Positions 33,503-50,320 of a stretch of DNA of 64,000 bases are shown here, in pieces (within the stretch, counting starts at the first letter, position 1; every line of letters starts with the position of its first letter). Where the stretch lies: NCBI RefSeq assembly GCF_009914755.1, contig NC_060933.1; one strand, 5' to 3'. This stretch comes from the human T2T-CHM13v2.0 reference genome, Homo sapiens. Both the position numbers and the translations under genes were made by a program. The notes below the pieces were generated by a model that saw nothing but the letters and a program-made list of their open reading frames with translations, ran no database searches and was not told where the DNA came from.

Positions 33503-34109
33503 TGAGAGGCGAAGCCAGCTGGACTTGAGTTGAGTGGAGACTTGGAGAACTTTTCTTACAAGAGAATTGTAACATGCACCAATCAGCGCTCTGTAAAAAT
33601 GCACCAATCAGTGCTCTGTACCTAGCAAGGGGATTGTAAAATGATGCACCAATCAGCACTCTGTAAAAACGCACCAATCAGTGCTCTAGCTAGCAAGAAG
33701 ATTGTAAAATGCACCAATCAGCACTCTGTAAAACACACCAATCAGCGCTCTGTAAAATGCACCAATCACTGCTCTGTAAAATGCACCAATCAGCAGGATT
33801 CTAAAAGTAGCCAATCGTGCAGAAGACTGAAAAAAAGGCACTCTGATAGGACAGAAAGGGAACATGAGAGGGGGGCAAATATGGGAATAAAAGCTGGCCA
33901 TCTCCTAGCCAGCAGCGGCAACCGCTCGGGTCCCCTTCCACACTATGGAAGCTTTGTTCTTTCGTTGTTCACAATAAACCTTGCCGCTTCTCACTGTCTG
34001 GGCCCGTACCATCTTTAAGAGCTGGAAAAACTCACCGCGAAAGTCGGTGGCTTCATCCTTGAAGTCAGCGAGACCACGAACCCACCGGCAGGAACCAACT
34101 CCAGACACA
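33503..34109 (+). mobile_element. Solo ERV9 LTR (LTR12 family, LTR12F-like)
   Basis: TG...CA ends, 4-bp TSD TTAT (33499-33502 / 34110-34113), nine CCAAT boxes, mostly in gcaccaatcag repeats, AATAAAA box 33886-33892, polyA AATAAA 33973-33978. Confidence 0.92.
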
Positions 34110-35089
34110 TTATGCCACAACAAAGCTGTTAAAATATGAAGTGGGGACTCAGTCTTCTGTAACACAACCAGGGGACACTAACTGAGCCCCAAGATTTCTA
34201 CCTGAAGGGACCAGAAGAGCCTGCCGTGGGGCCTGGAACTCATTGCTAAAAAATGTTGTGGGTCTCCCAGGGTAAGAAGTGTGAGGTCGCAGCACATAAG
34301 AAAAGTCAAACGAGGCAACAGCCAGATTTCAAGAGCACCGCAGGTCCGTGCACCCATCTGTTCCCACCCTGTCGGTCCATCTGACACTGGCCCGTGTTAG
34401 TTCCGTGCTGTGGCTGCAGTATCCCTTTGCATTATTTATGGGAAAAGCTTTGCCAAGCAAGTTGAGAATAGAAATAATAGAAGCAGGAGGATGCTTCGGG
34501 AACACTAATAATATTCCAGGCAATCCGCATGTTAGTCTTTGGCTCCTGTAGCCTAATTTGAATTATTTTGTGTATCTGAAAGTAATGGTGAATTTTCTGA
34601 ACAAAATGCTATGGTTCCACATTCTTATTAGTTTACACTGGCTTTCCCCCAAAACAGGTGGCTTTAGTGCAGTTTTCCTGTAAAGACACCACCGTGGTGA
34701 GGAGACAATCAAAATGCAGTTAAAAAAAAAAAAAGAGAGACAAAAAGATGATTTTTCAAAACTAGGAAAAGAAAAGCCATATTAGACAGCTAGTGGAATG
34801 TAGAAAAATGCTTCTGCGGATAAGGCAATAAGGATGGAAAGGCGGCCTTGTCAGATACCGTACAGGAGCAGGCAGTGCCATGGAGAGAACACAGAGCTGG
34901 CACCAATGGGCAGGAGGAGCTGGAGAAGCCACTGCCTCCCTGCCTCCTGGATTCCCTCCACCTGTCTGGACCCCTCTCCCTTCCCAGACACCGCCTCCAC
35001 TTTGACTCATCAAGTATCGTTCACGTAGGCACCCCAGTCCATCTGGAGTTAGCCCCTGGTGGACTGCAGCAATGAAAGGGCAGGGCTGG

Positions 35090-35750
35090 GACATCTTGGG
35101 GGGAGTGATAGTTGCCCTGTGGGCGGAGGTTGTTGCTGCCGTCCTGCGGGGGTTGTAGCTGCCATCCTGGGAGGGGAAGTAGCTGCCATCCTGGGGGAGT
35201 TATAGCTGCCACCCTGGGGGGGAAGTTGTAGTTGCCATCCTGGTGGGGGTTGTAGCTACCATCCTGGGGGGTTACAGCTGCCATCCTGGGGGAGTTGTAG
35301 CTGCCATCCTGGGGCGGGGGGGGGGGGGTTGTAGCTGCTGTCCTGTGGGAGTTGTAGCTGCCCTACCAGGGGACTTGTAGCTGCCATCCTCGAGGTGGTT
35401 GTAGCTGCCATCCTGGGCGAGGAGGTTGTAGCTGCCATTTTGGGGGGATTGTTGCTGCCATCTTGGGGGCGGTGGTAGCTGCCATCCTGGGGGTGGTTTA
35501 TAGCTGCCATCCTGGGAGGGTTGTAGCTGCCATCCTGGGAGAAGTTGTAGCTGCCATCCTGGGAGAGGTTATAGCTGCCATCCTGGGGAGGTTGTAGCTG
35601 CCATCTTGGGGAGGTTGTAGCTGCCATTCTGGCGGGGGGGGGGGGGGGTTGTAGCTGCCTGGGAGGGGTTAAAGTTGCCATCCTGTGGGGTGCTGTAGCT
35701 GCCATCCTGGGTGTGGGGCGCGGCTTGTAGCTGCCATCCTAGAGGGGTGT
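35090..35750. repeat. G-rich minisatellite (VNTR), unit about 22-24 bp GG(G)nTTGTAGCTGCCATCCTG, roughly 28 copies
   Basis: Tandem gtagctgccatcctgg units with variable G runs. Confidence 0.95.
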
Positions 35751-37969
35751 GACAGTTGGCTTCTGAAGTTCCAGAGATATAGTCACTTTCTTCTGGTGCC
35801 TCCCCTGGGTACTTGCAGATGCCCAAGGGCCTTCCAATGCCCAGTGGATGGTTTGATACACCTCTCTGCCTCTGGGCAACATTTTCACTGAAAAGCTGAC
35901 TGAGAAGGAGCATGAACAGGACAAATTAGTGTAAAAAACAATGAGCTTAAGATGCCAACTTGCCCTGTCTTTCTAAAAGCCTGCATGAGAGTTGAGCTAT
36001 GTGTCCCCAGGCCCTTCATGGGCAGCTGCCCTGGGCAGAGATGTGAACAGCATTCCAGGGCTGGGGGAGCCAGCACTCTCAGGTGTCTTGGTGGCTGGGT
36101 GCACTGGCCGAGCCCCACGGAGGGCACTGTGGCACTGATGATTGGCAGCTCATTCCCCAGCAAAGCCACTCTGGGGATGTCTCCAGCAGTCACACTTGCA
36201 GACTCCGCAGCGGCAGTGAGCAATGGGTTCAACCAAGTTCCCTCCACCCCTAGCACAGAATACTAATGAACCAGAGCTCCCTACCACTAACAAGCTGAGG
36301 TCACCAAAACACACTGTCCAGTGAAAAGAGCAAGGCAGAAAACAAGTTGTAGAGAAGGTTACCACTTGTGTAAAAAAGTCAAAGGAAGAACTAGAAGAAC
36401 ATACGTGTATATTGACTTACGTATGTATAAAGGAACTCTGGGAAGATCCCTCAGAAACAGTTAACAGCAGTTACTTGTAGGGGGAGGGTGGAGGGAAATC
36501 TGGGCAAATGAGGGATGGAACTTCCCTTGGTATCTTTAAACTATGGGACTACATCAGCTACTCAATAATTAATAAGTTAAATGAAAAAGGAACGCGACAC
36601 TGTAAAGACAACGAGGCTATGTCCTTCTTTGCAGCTGGTATCAGGTAAACCTACACCCAGGCCTTCTCTCCCTAAATAGAGCATTACTCTTTTATTTCAA
36701 GAGCCAATTATTGGGCACCCACTAAGAGCCAGGCCAAGAAATACTTGCAATCTCTACTACTTTGGGGAATGATGAGGGAGGAAAGTGTGTGGGGTGGGAG
36801 GAGAATTGATCTTGGGAAGTTCGTGTGGACTGACTGTGGCGAGGAGAGGGTCAGAGATCTCACTTTGAAGCACACTGACTTTGACACAACCCCCTTTTCA
36901 AAGTTCATCTCAAAAAGGATTTTAGATATTCCCGTAGGAAACACATAAAACCAATGCCTGTGCAAGATTTATTTTAAACATCAGATCACAAACTGTCCAA
37001 AAATAGTGATCAGTGTGCAATTGTGAGGTCAAACTAAACCTGAATTGAGTTTTTAAACAGTGTTTCCATGTTGGGAGAACCAAGGGATTTTCCTGAGTCA
37101 GTTGGAAGCTCTTATATACTGGAGTAGTCACGCACCCTACATCAGTAGAGAAAAATGTATCCAGTGCTCTGACAGACTGTTGCAACAATGATGATCAAAA
37201 AATATAAGGAGTGCAAAGGCATTTGTGAGTTCATATGGCTGGATTAAAAATCATGTTTAAGTGACTTAATAGCTGTGAAAACTTCCCTGTTGTGTGGGTA
37301 TGAACAAGGACAGGCACGTTACTAGTATCTGAATCATGCATCTCAGCTCTAGAATCAATTGTTCTGGAACATCCCAACCAAGTCGCTATTATTCAACTGC
37401 AGGAACTTTAAACACTCAGTAATCTTATGATGCATCAAGATTTTACAATTAAAATGATGGTAACACACAGAGATGTTCAAAATCCCCAAACCAAAATCTC
37501 CCCCACTCTGTAAAAATAAACCTCCGAACGTTTTTCAGCAGAATCTCTGCAGCTGTAGTTCTGCGGCACTGTCAGTTGCCTGGGGGTTAATTCTGGCAGG
37601 GCAGGGTGATGGTCAACTGCTTGTGGAGAAAGCAGCCACAGGGGGGCTATTTCCCATTTTTCACTCTCAGGTCTCAATAGAACAGTTAAGCCATCAGGTG
37701 TACCAAATTCGAGATAAAAGTAAGTTCCTCTTTCAGCTCAGTGGAAATGAGAAGTAACTCCATTTCACCGCGAGCTTTTTTACTATTCAATCCAGACCGC
37801 ACTGGCCGGGAGAGGTGCTCTGAATCCTTAGTCTAATCACATTTCTTCCTTCTGCTGAGAAGGGAGGGTCCATCCTGACTTTTTAGGATGCACATTAGAA
37901 CTCTGTGTTTATTTGTGTGTGGGTGAATCTTCTGTGAGCAGCGCTATGCGCAAACCAGGGGAGGACAGT

Positions 37970-38403
37970 GATGGGGTCAGGACATGATCCCCCAAAACGT
38001 GGCACCTGGCATTTGAGGAAGCCACAGAATCAGGAAGGTCTCTCTGACCTTCTCCCGCCCTTCTCCTCCCAGACAGGCCATAAAACCCTCATTCCAGAGG
38101 TGCCCTCCCTCTACCCAGAGGAAGGGAAGCTCCTTATCTCTGAAGATACAGGGACAAAGAAAAGAATCTGAACAAACAAGCCTGCAAACAAGCCCCTACC
38201 CGGCCCCACCCCGGTCTATTGCCATTGGTCACATCCCTTTGTCCAACCACACTTCTGCCTGCCTGTCCACTCCACCAAACTTAGTATGGAAATACACAGG
38301 CTTCCCTGCTTCTTTGGGTTGCTTGAGGCTTTTCTCGTTAAGCTGTCTTTTGTTACAGGGGCCTCAGCCATGAGCCTTGCAGTGGGTTAGAAAAAGATGT
38401 TAC
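37970..38403 (+). mobile_element. ERV1 LTR (MER34/MER39-like)
   Basis: ggggtcaggacatgatcccccaaaacgtggcacctggcatttgag start. Confidence 0.55.
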
Positions 38404-38750
<347 letters not shown>

Positions 38751-39324
38751 TCAGTTTGATGATCTACTCCAAGTGAGGGGACTTGCTACACCTGAGTCTC
38801 TGCATACTCTCTCCCCACACCAGTTAATACTGGAAGCTCTGAAGCCACTGCTCCCCAGGTCACCCTATAACAGCTGTGCTCAGACCCAGGTGTACCTTGG
38901 ACTAGCCAACTGCACCACAGATAGAGCAGGGGATGCAGGCAGCCCATGAAGGAGGCCCATTCTCTTTCACCCCCTCCCTTGAACTCAGCCCTGCTGCTCC
39001 AGGGCCCCCAGAAGTGCCAGGCTCCAGGTTTAACAATGTCAGGGGCTCTGGGACCTCAGGAGGGGATGAGATTAAAACCAAAGACCATCTTCACACCATC
39101 TGCAATTAACTAACCTGCATTGGAGACCTTAACAGAGAGAAGCCACGGAGCTAGTTCCATCATTTATCTGCCAAGGGATATCCCCATTAGCATGGGGCTC
39201 CTGGCTCAGGGCAAACCTCCCAAACCCACAGAAAGGGCTCAGCTCAAATCATCACCGTTTGGCGTCTCCGTCATCCAGCACTGCCTCCCGCTGCCTCGCA
39301 TCCTTACAACCTGCAAGAGAGCCA

Positions 39325-40391
39325 ATCACATGCTTTGTTTCACTTTATTGGATACACCGGGTGTGGGATTTACAAATAGGACCAACAATGTGTGCGGGGC
39401 ACAGACGGCTGCCTGTGGGTCTGTGTGTAACAGGGGCTGTAAAATGAATGGACCTCATGTGCACGTGGTACAGAGAGAAGCAAACCAAGACCAACTGGAT
39501 CCCAACGTGGGTAACATAAACAGTTAAATTACTAAAGTCATCTTAAGACCAAAATACTTCAATGAAAATGGCATATTAAAAACATATAAATTACATTTAA
39601 GCTCTGTACATGATTCTTAACAAAAATAACAATACCGTGTTCTGTACAATACTGCTTCCTCTGAACATTCCAAACCCAAGAAACACTTTCCCTTGAATTC
39701 CCAAAAAAAGTGGGCAAAATACACATGGAGTATAATTAAAACCATTTCACCAAATACAAAGCTGTCAGTTTCTTTGAAGGCACACATTTTGTTGTATCTC
39801 AGGAACTCCCATTTCAGAAGCCCCTTGTCTTCCGACCCCAACAGGCAGCAGAGGGCAGCCTCCGTTCCAGCGAATCTTTGGCTGCTAAAGGGAGAATATT
39901 CTCAGCAGGGAGGCAGCAGAAATGGAGCCCCTTCATCCTCAAACCAACAGACCAGATCGGTTGTCAGGAACCTCAAGACCCGAGGTGCCTCCTCGCTGCC
40001 TTTTGCAGGCCCTTATTCCCAACGTTTTGAAATATTCACTCCATATATGACATGGAGTGAAGCTGCCACCTATTTTCTTGAAAGGCATTTGCTGCTCACT
40101 ACCAGTCTACCACCAGAATCAATGTATACAGCCCTGGGGATGACCATGTGTCCTGCTCCCCAGGACGCCGTGCTGCCAGACCCCCTGCCTGGCTTGGGTG
40201 CTCCTAGGCAGGGCAGCTCTCTGTGTCAGAGGACAGAGAGGAGCAGGGCTCCACCTCACCCAGTCTGCAAACAAGCCCACTGGCCGGCGGGCTCTTGTGA
40301 TTGCTGAGTATGGTGTCTTCTCAAAGGTGACTGAGGTCCCTGTGGGGTCTCGGCGGGGCTTCTATCCCCGAACCCTGGGCCCTGGTGCCAC
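39325..40391 (-). other. ROR2: ROR2 3'UTR (about 1.07 kb; cleavage site approximate)
   Basis: Unique sequence between the stop codon and the canonical AATAAA. Confidence 0.85.
39344..39349 (-). terminator. ROR2 polyadenylation signal AATAAA
   Basis: tttatt on + strand; minus-strand downstream sequence is GU-rich (ATGTGATTGGCTCTCTTGCAGGTTGT). Confidence 0.85.
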
Positions 40392-41840
<1,449 letters not shown>

Positions 41841-43165
41841 TCAAGAAGAAAAGCCCCACGTGAAACATCACTGTCACCGCAGCCCTGGAGGAAGCTGCAG
41901 AGCAGCCGGGAGGAGTGGAGTCCCTGTGCGGCCACGACTAGGGGGGCCTTGCAGAAGACCCGCTGGTTTTGCCCACCCAGCCTTGGCCTGCCCACCCACA
42001 GCTCTCTAGTTAACCTTAAATACGGCTCTGATGCCAAGGTTGCTTCCCATCTGCAATCTTCCACAGATCCCAACCAGGCTACAAATAAGGTCCCTCCAAA
42101 ATCCAGCTGGGACACACTGACTTCCTTCCCACTTGTGCATGTGTGGACACACACACACACCCTACAGCCAGGCCCAGGCACCAGCTGCCCTGGGGCTGCC
42201 CCGGACATACCCTGCCAGGTTCCCTCCAACCCCCATGTGTGCCGACACATCACGTGAGATGTGATGTCTTTTTCTCATGGACCCCACAGAGGCTTTCCCA
42301 CGACATTTTTGTCTTGGCAATTTTGTCACTTATAAGAGTCCAAGCCAGTTGTTCTACAGAGGTTCCCTCAATGGGCCTGTCCATGGGCCTCTTGACTAGG
42401 GTCTCTGTTAAACATGTTCCTGGAAAGAGTACCCCACAGGTGATAGGAGCCCTGAGAACCCTGCATCTCTCTCGGCCTCTATGACACCAGCTCCTCCCGT
42501 GTGGCCAGCCCTCATCCTCCCCAGAGGTTCCTGGGCCTCCGTGCAAGCCCCGGGGCTCTGTGCCCTCCTCGCTGGCCAGCCCCTGCCCATAGCAAACTCT
42601 CACCGACTCTGGGACTGAAGAGCCAAGTGCATCAGCTCCCTCCTGGCCACCTTGAAGAGCCCCTGCAAAGCTGGCTGAGAATGATGTTACCTACGGCTTG
42701 CAATGAGTGTAAATGCCCTTTTACAACACAACCTGGAGAGGCTGCAGCACATGTTCTCATCTGTTGTATTTCAGTGCCCCACCCCCATCTAAGGCTGCTC
42801 TGGGATGAGGGGTGGCCTTTTAGTGGTAGCCTGTCCACCTACTCCCACTTAAGAGCTATTCTTCTATCCTTCCCTGTAAACAAAACAAAGCAAAACCAAC
42901 CCAACCCAAAAGTGTCAAGAAAAATTATGGGGAGCATTGGAGCCCTGTTGTTCTTGTGTGTCTTCTGGGCAGAGCTGAGGCACCTGGACAGTGAGGACAC
43001 TCGCTGGGGCCCACAGGGGCAGCATGGTCCAGGCAGAAGGAGGCCCATGGACTCTGGGGCAGTGAATTCCCAACACGCCTGCCATTTATTTTCTAAAGCA
43101 CACATGTCCTGATCTAGTTTACAGAAAAAAAAAATGGCAAAATGAAGCGGAGTTTAAAATAATTA

Positions 43166-43501
<336 letters not shown>

Positions 43502-45032
43502 TCAGAAAACATCCCTTTTCTACTCTAAGTTCTCTACCAACCCACTCTCCACCTCCAGCCAAAATCTTCACGTGCACGTGTGTCATCACCTAAGTTACAC
43601 AATGGGGTAAAAGGGCACACCACACCTTAAAAAACATGATGCACCAAAAAATGCACACCCGGCTGCATCCTGGGGAAACAAAACCCAAAACTGCCCAACC
43701 TGGAAACAAGCGGGAATATGCAGTATAAAAAGTAAATGAATTCTAATGATCTTAATAACGACCACATCCGCTTTCTGTTCCTGATGTTTGAATACCATCG
43801 GAGATAGGTGCTCTGCCCAATTTCACTTTTATCAAGGTCTCCCCAGCTACTGACAAGTTCATGAAATTCACTGGAGACCCTTGTCCAAGGTGAGTGAAAC
43901 TTGGTACTGGGATTAGACACGATCCTTTTCCTCATTCAACATTTTAATGTTTTCTTCACATTTTTATCTAATGATGACAGATTCTTTTAGGGTAATAATT
44001 AAACATGCACTAGATTTAAAAGAGCACCAGTAGTCCATGCTCTTGACCCAATACAATATGCAACAGGGGCACAAGAATTCTTGGAAAGCACTGGGTACCA
44101 AGATTCAAGGCCACCAGCTACCTTCCCTGCATTTTTTTTTTTTTTTAAATCACAGGGAAAAGTAACTCTTTGTCTCCCTCTACAGGATTTACAGAAAGGT
44201 ACAGGGGGCACACCAGGCAGGCTGAGGTGACCTCAGATTCTGAGCAGGACTCCAGGCAGGGCTGGCTCCTCCCAGGCTGCGTGGCCCCAAGCACCCCACA
44301 CGTCAAAGCAATTGAATGTAAGACAAAGTGGTGCCGTTTCAGGACGCTGACCCTAAGCCTGGTGGAAGGTGAGTTCTCTAGAGAGCCACTTTCCCACATC
44401 CCCAGAAAACCACGGTGTTCTGTTTTCTCCTTAACCTTGCAAATAACTATATCAGACTTAGAGGGCCCCATGGCCAGGGGGCAAAGCGCTTCTCATCTGG
44501 AAGCAAACAAGTGATTTCTGGTCAGTGTGAGGCCTAAAAGAGCTAACTCGGTTCTAAAAGTGAACATGCTACTGCCACCTTAGGAAAAAAGCACCTTGTC
44601 CCAAAACCCAGCCTTGCCCCACCCCTGCTCCCCCAAATAAGAAGAAATCAAGTAAAACCACAAACAAAACTTTCTTCTGGCCCCACCTAGCAGCTTCCCC
44701 TCTGAAAGGGTTCTGAGGCAGGTGTTCCAGAAATCTTCGGGGCACTGGGGATGCCGATTCATTCTTTTTTACTAGGGTTTGGTTCATTTTTCATTATTAA
44801 GGTTAGCAGGAGAGTCCAGGCCACTCTCACGCCAAGACCAGAGGTGTGAGCTCACACTGACACCATCACCTGCTTTTATTATCTACTTAACATTACCAAC
44901 ATGACTCATGCTTACTGGGAAAAACTGTAGTATTACAGAAATGTGGCCTTTCAAAAGATAGTATTTCTAACAGTCCTCTTTCCCAAAGGCTATAAATGGT
45001 TAAGTTTCGTGTTCTCCTAACTTTATGTATAT

Positions 45033-45112
45033 TTTAGGTTGAACCACATGGAACAACCGATATTCAACTATTCTGACATATAGACACAGTAGTTTTATAT
45101 GGTTTTCTTAAT
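45033..45112. mobile_element. MADE2 miniature mariner element (degenerate hairpin)
   Basis: taggttgaaccacatggaa...ttttatatggtttttcttaa, about 80 bp with imperfect TIRs. Confidence 0.65.
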
Positions 45113-45123
45113 TCGAATGTTGA

Positions 45124-45465
<342 letters not shown>

Positions 45466-46687
45466 TGAACTTGATTTTAAATAGAATCGTGTCATCCATA
45501 TTTTCCTGCTCCTGTTTTTTTGGCAGAATAAAATCTCTTGGACAGCAGCTCATGTTGGAGCAGATAGATATGTGTGTTCTCCCACAGCTGCATGCCACTC
45601 CACAGCACAGGCGTCTCCAACTGCCCCATCCAGCCCTACTGATAAACAGTCTGTTTTATGTTTAGCTCTCACAAGTGATTCTGCAATAAATATCCTTCCA
45701 TTTATGCCCTGTAAGTACAAACCTGCGATACAAGATTCTAAGAATTGACTGGTCCAAAATCATACATTTTTTTCATGCTTTGATTTATTTTTAATTACAA
45801 AAGTAATTCCTACTCACTGTAAAAAAAAAAAAAAAAAGTCTTGTATTTGAACACTTTTGTAGGTCTGGGGAAATCACTGCTAAAAGTTTGATATCCATCT
45901 TTCCAAAACCTCGTAAAAGTCAGGAGCCTGTGTGTGCTCACACACAAACTCCCACTCATTTTCCTTTTGCCAGAAACAAAACAATAAGCAAAAAAGCACC
46001 TCTAACACAGTTCTGTCCTACAACCTGCTTTTGTTCCTTACAGGGCACAGGGCCATCCTTCATTGCAGGACAGCTTTAAGGTCTGGAGTGCTCCAGAGTG
46101 CCTAGACCGCAATTTGAATGACTGATAATTTCATTCTTAAAATTTGTTCTCCCATAATGAACACATTCTTGAAGATTTGTGTCTGATCTGCTGAGCCAGA
46201 GGCAATGCCAAATCTGGAGCTGCTGAATCACACATCAGGAAGGTCATTAGTGCCAGTGTTTATTTCCTGCACTTCGGAGTAGAGACACGCGGGCCTGCAC
46301 CCCAGGAGGAGATCTCCAGGTGCATGGTGAGCCCAGCCTCGCTTCACCGGCTGCTCTCTCTTTATCCGCGGGTGCCCACTCATTCACCAATTGCTGCTTC
46401 CAGCTCCCAGCCCAGCCTTGGTTACCCTGCTGCCTGGACTGGTGAACCGGGCATGACTAAGACAGAGGTGAGAACTGTCGAAGCTGTCAACCATCAGCCA
46501 CGTGAGCTTCCATATTCATGACATTACAGACACACTTGCAAGGAATGAGGACAAGCAATGAATTCTATTTTCGCCTCACTCCACCAAACCTAAGTGTAAA
46601 ATCTGAGAAGCAGTGAAAAGCTCAAAAGCTGGTGGGTGGAAGGGAAATATTTTTACGAATATTAGGAACTACTGAGCAATAATGGTG

Positions 46688-46972
46688 TTTTTTGTTTTTT
46701 GTTTTTGAGAAAAGGTCTTGTTTTGTTGCCTAGACTGGAGCGTAGTGGCACCATGATGGCTCACTGCAGCCTTGAACTACTGGGCTCAAGCAATCCTCCC
46801 ACCTCCACCACCCAAGTAGGTGTGCCACCACGCCTGGACAATTTTTGTATTTTTTGTAGAGACGGGTTTTTGCCATGTTGCTCAGACTGGTTTCAAGCTC
46901 CTGGGTTCAAGAGATCCACCCGTCTTGGCCTCCCAAAGTACTGGGATTACAGGTTGTGAGCCACCGCACTGG
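46688..46972 (-). mobile_element. Alu (J-like), intron 7
   Basis: Diverged Alu. Confidence 0.9.
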
Positions 46973-47190
46973 GAGATAATGTTAATGGAGAAACAAAATG
47001 TCAAAGTGAATATCCCAGGACCATCCATACATGGGAAAAGGGCTGATGGAAGGGGGTGGGCCAAAACGCAAACAAGTCACTACTGGGTGGTAACATTAGG
47101 GGTGATCTGACATTACTCTTCAGACTTTTCTATATTTTAAAATGTCTTGTAATGGTCAGATGTTACTTTCATAACAACCAATAACTTGCG

Positions 47191-47498
<308 letters not shown>

Positions 47499-47609
47499 TA
47501 AAATGGTCACTGTGGTAAGATCAGGGGTCTCTGGTCGCCACCGTACAGAGGCACACCCCAACCCAGGTCAGGACAGAACGCCCTCATCACAAGGTTCACT
47601 CAACAATCA

Positions 47610-47942
<333 letters not shown>

Positions 47943-48391
47943 CTACACATGCCCAAACTAGAATTTCCAAAAGATCCAAGGATTTTACATAACTTACCAG
48001 AAAAGAGGCATTAAAAGTAATGGCTTAATGAAGTCCCAAGCCCACAAATTAAATGCAGGGCACATCAGGGATAGGCATGGGGAAGGAAACTTGTCTAAAG
48101 TTATTCCACAGCCCCAGAACCATCTCTTGGGACCCACGAGGCACCTGCACACCACCACCCCACCAGAATGGGGATGTCTCCCCAGCCTCAGGATCAACTT
48201 GCTCTAGGAAGAAAGCCAACTGTGCAAGCAAGAAGGGCCTGGCCCCTCCATCTCAGGACACCCTGCTCAGCCATGGGTGAGAACAGTGCAGGCCACGCCA
48301 CCTCCATGGAGGAACCCTGGGGTTGGGGTGTGCATTTGGTGAACATTTCTGTAGTGTTTACCATGTGTGGGGCGCTGCTCTAAACCCTCCT

Positions 48392-48800
<409 letters not shown>

Positions 48801-49529
48801 CAGGCAACGGGCCCAAGGACCAGGCCCTGGCTGGTCCTGGTAAGGAGTCCTGGCCATTCCTGGACCCCCAGATTAGCCAACGATGCTAAATACAGCCCCG
48901 GAGCTGTGGCGGAGGTGGCCTGTTCCCTAGGTCTCACTCCTCAGGGAGGCAACAACCCGTATGGATGCAGTGATGTCAGCCAATGGTTTTCCTCGGAGAC
49001 ATAAGCAGCGCTCCCTGTCCTGTGTCTGCCATCCTGACTGGCCATGGCCACCCTGCTGGGGCTCACAACTTGGGGTTTACTAAGCCTCCAGAGGGCAGGG
49101 GCTGCTGCCAGCAAGAGGGGCAGTGGGGAGCATGCTCTTCGTCCTGTGCAGACCCCAAACAGGCCACACCCAGGCCCCGGGCTCAGAACTGTCCCCCTCC
49201 CCCACGCTCATCCCTTAGGCCCCACGATTCAGGGACCTGTAGAAAGGTGCACGGTGCTTCCCTGTATTTCCTTCCCTAGTGATGCCTGATTGTTACAGGT
49301 TCTTCTCAGGTGCCCTCCCAGGCCAGTCCTGCAGCATCTCCGTGGGCCTCACATTCATCCAAGGCTAAGGATCCTACAGGTTTCTGGGGACTGATCCTCC
49401 AGGTTTCAGGAGGTTGGGGCAGGAGTTGAGAGTCTGCATTTTCGCCTGGCGGCCCGAGTGCGTGCTGACCGTCGGGCAAGTTAGGAAGCTGGCCCTGTCT
49501 CCTCTCATGCCCGCAACAGCCATTTCCAC

Positions 49530-49650
49530 AGGAAGTGAGATCACTCCCATTTCAGAGAAGGGAAATCCCAGGCTCAAGCAGGTGGAGGGACTTCACCTGA
49601 GTCCCACAGCTGGACACAGTGCAAGCCCACATGCGAGCCTGGGGCTGAAT
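49530..49650 (-). mobile_element. MIR fragment
   Basis: cccatttcagagaagggaaatcccaggctcaa core. Confidence 0.55.
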
Positions 49651-49707
49651 GGCTCCAAAGCCCCTGATCCGAGGCCCCGCCTGCTGCCCTGCTGGAATGG
49701 AGGCCTA

Positions 49708-50320
<613 letters not shown>

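Noticed and set aside
33560-33815. Regularly spaced gcaccaatcagcgctctgtaaaa repeats, superficially CRISPR-like
   Set aside because: No unique spacers, eukaryotic context; this is the known LTR12 U3 enhancer repeat.
35021-35913. ORFs with repeated MAATT/QDGSYN/WQLQ peptides
   Set aside because: Translations of the minisatellite in three frames.
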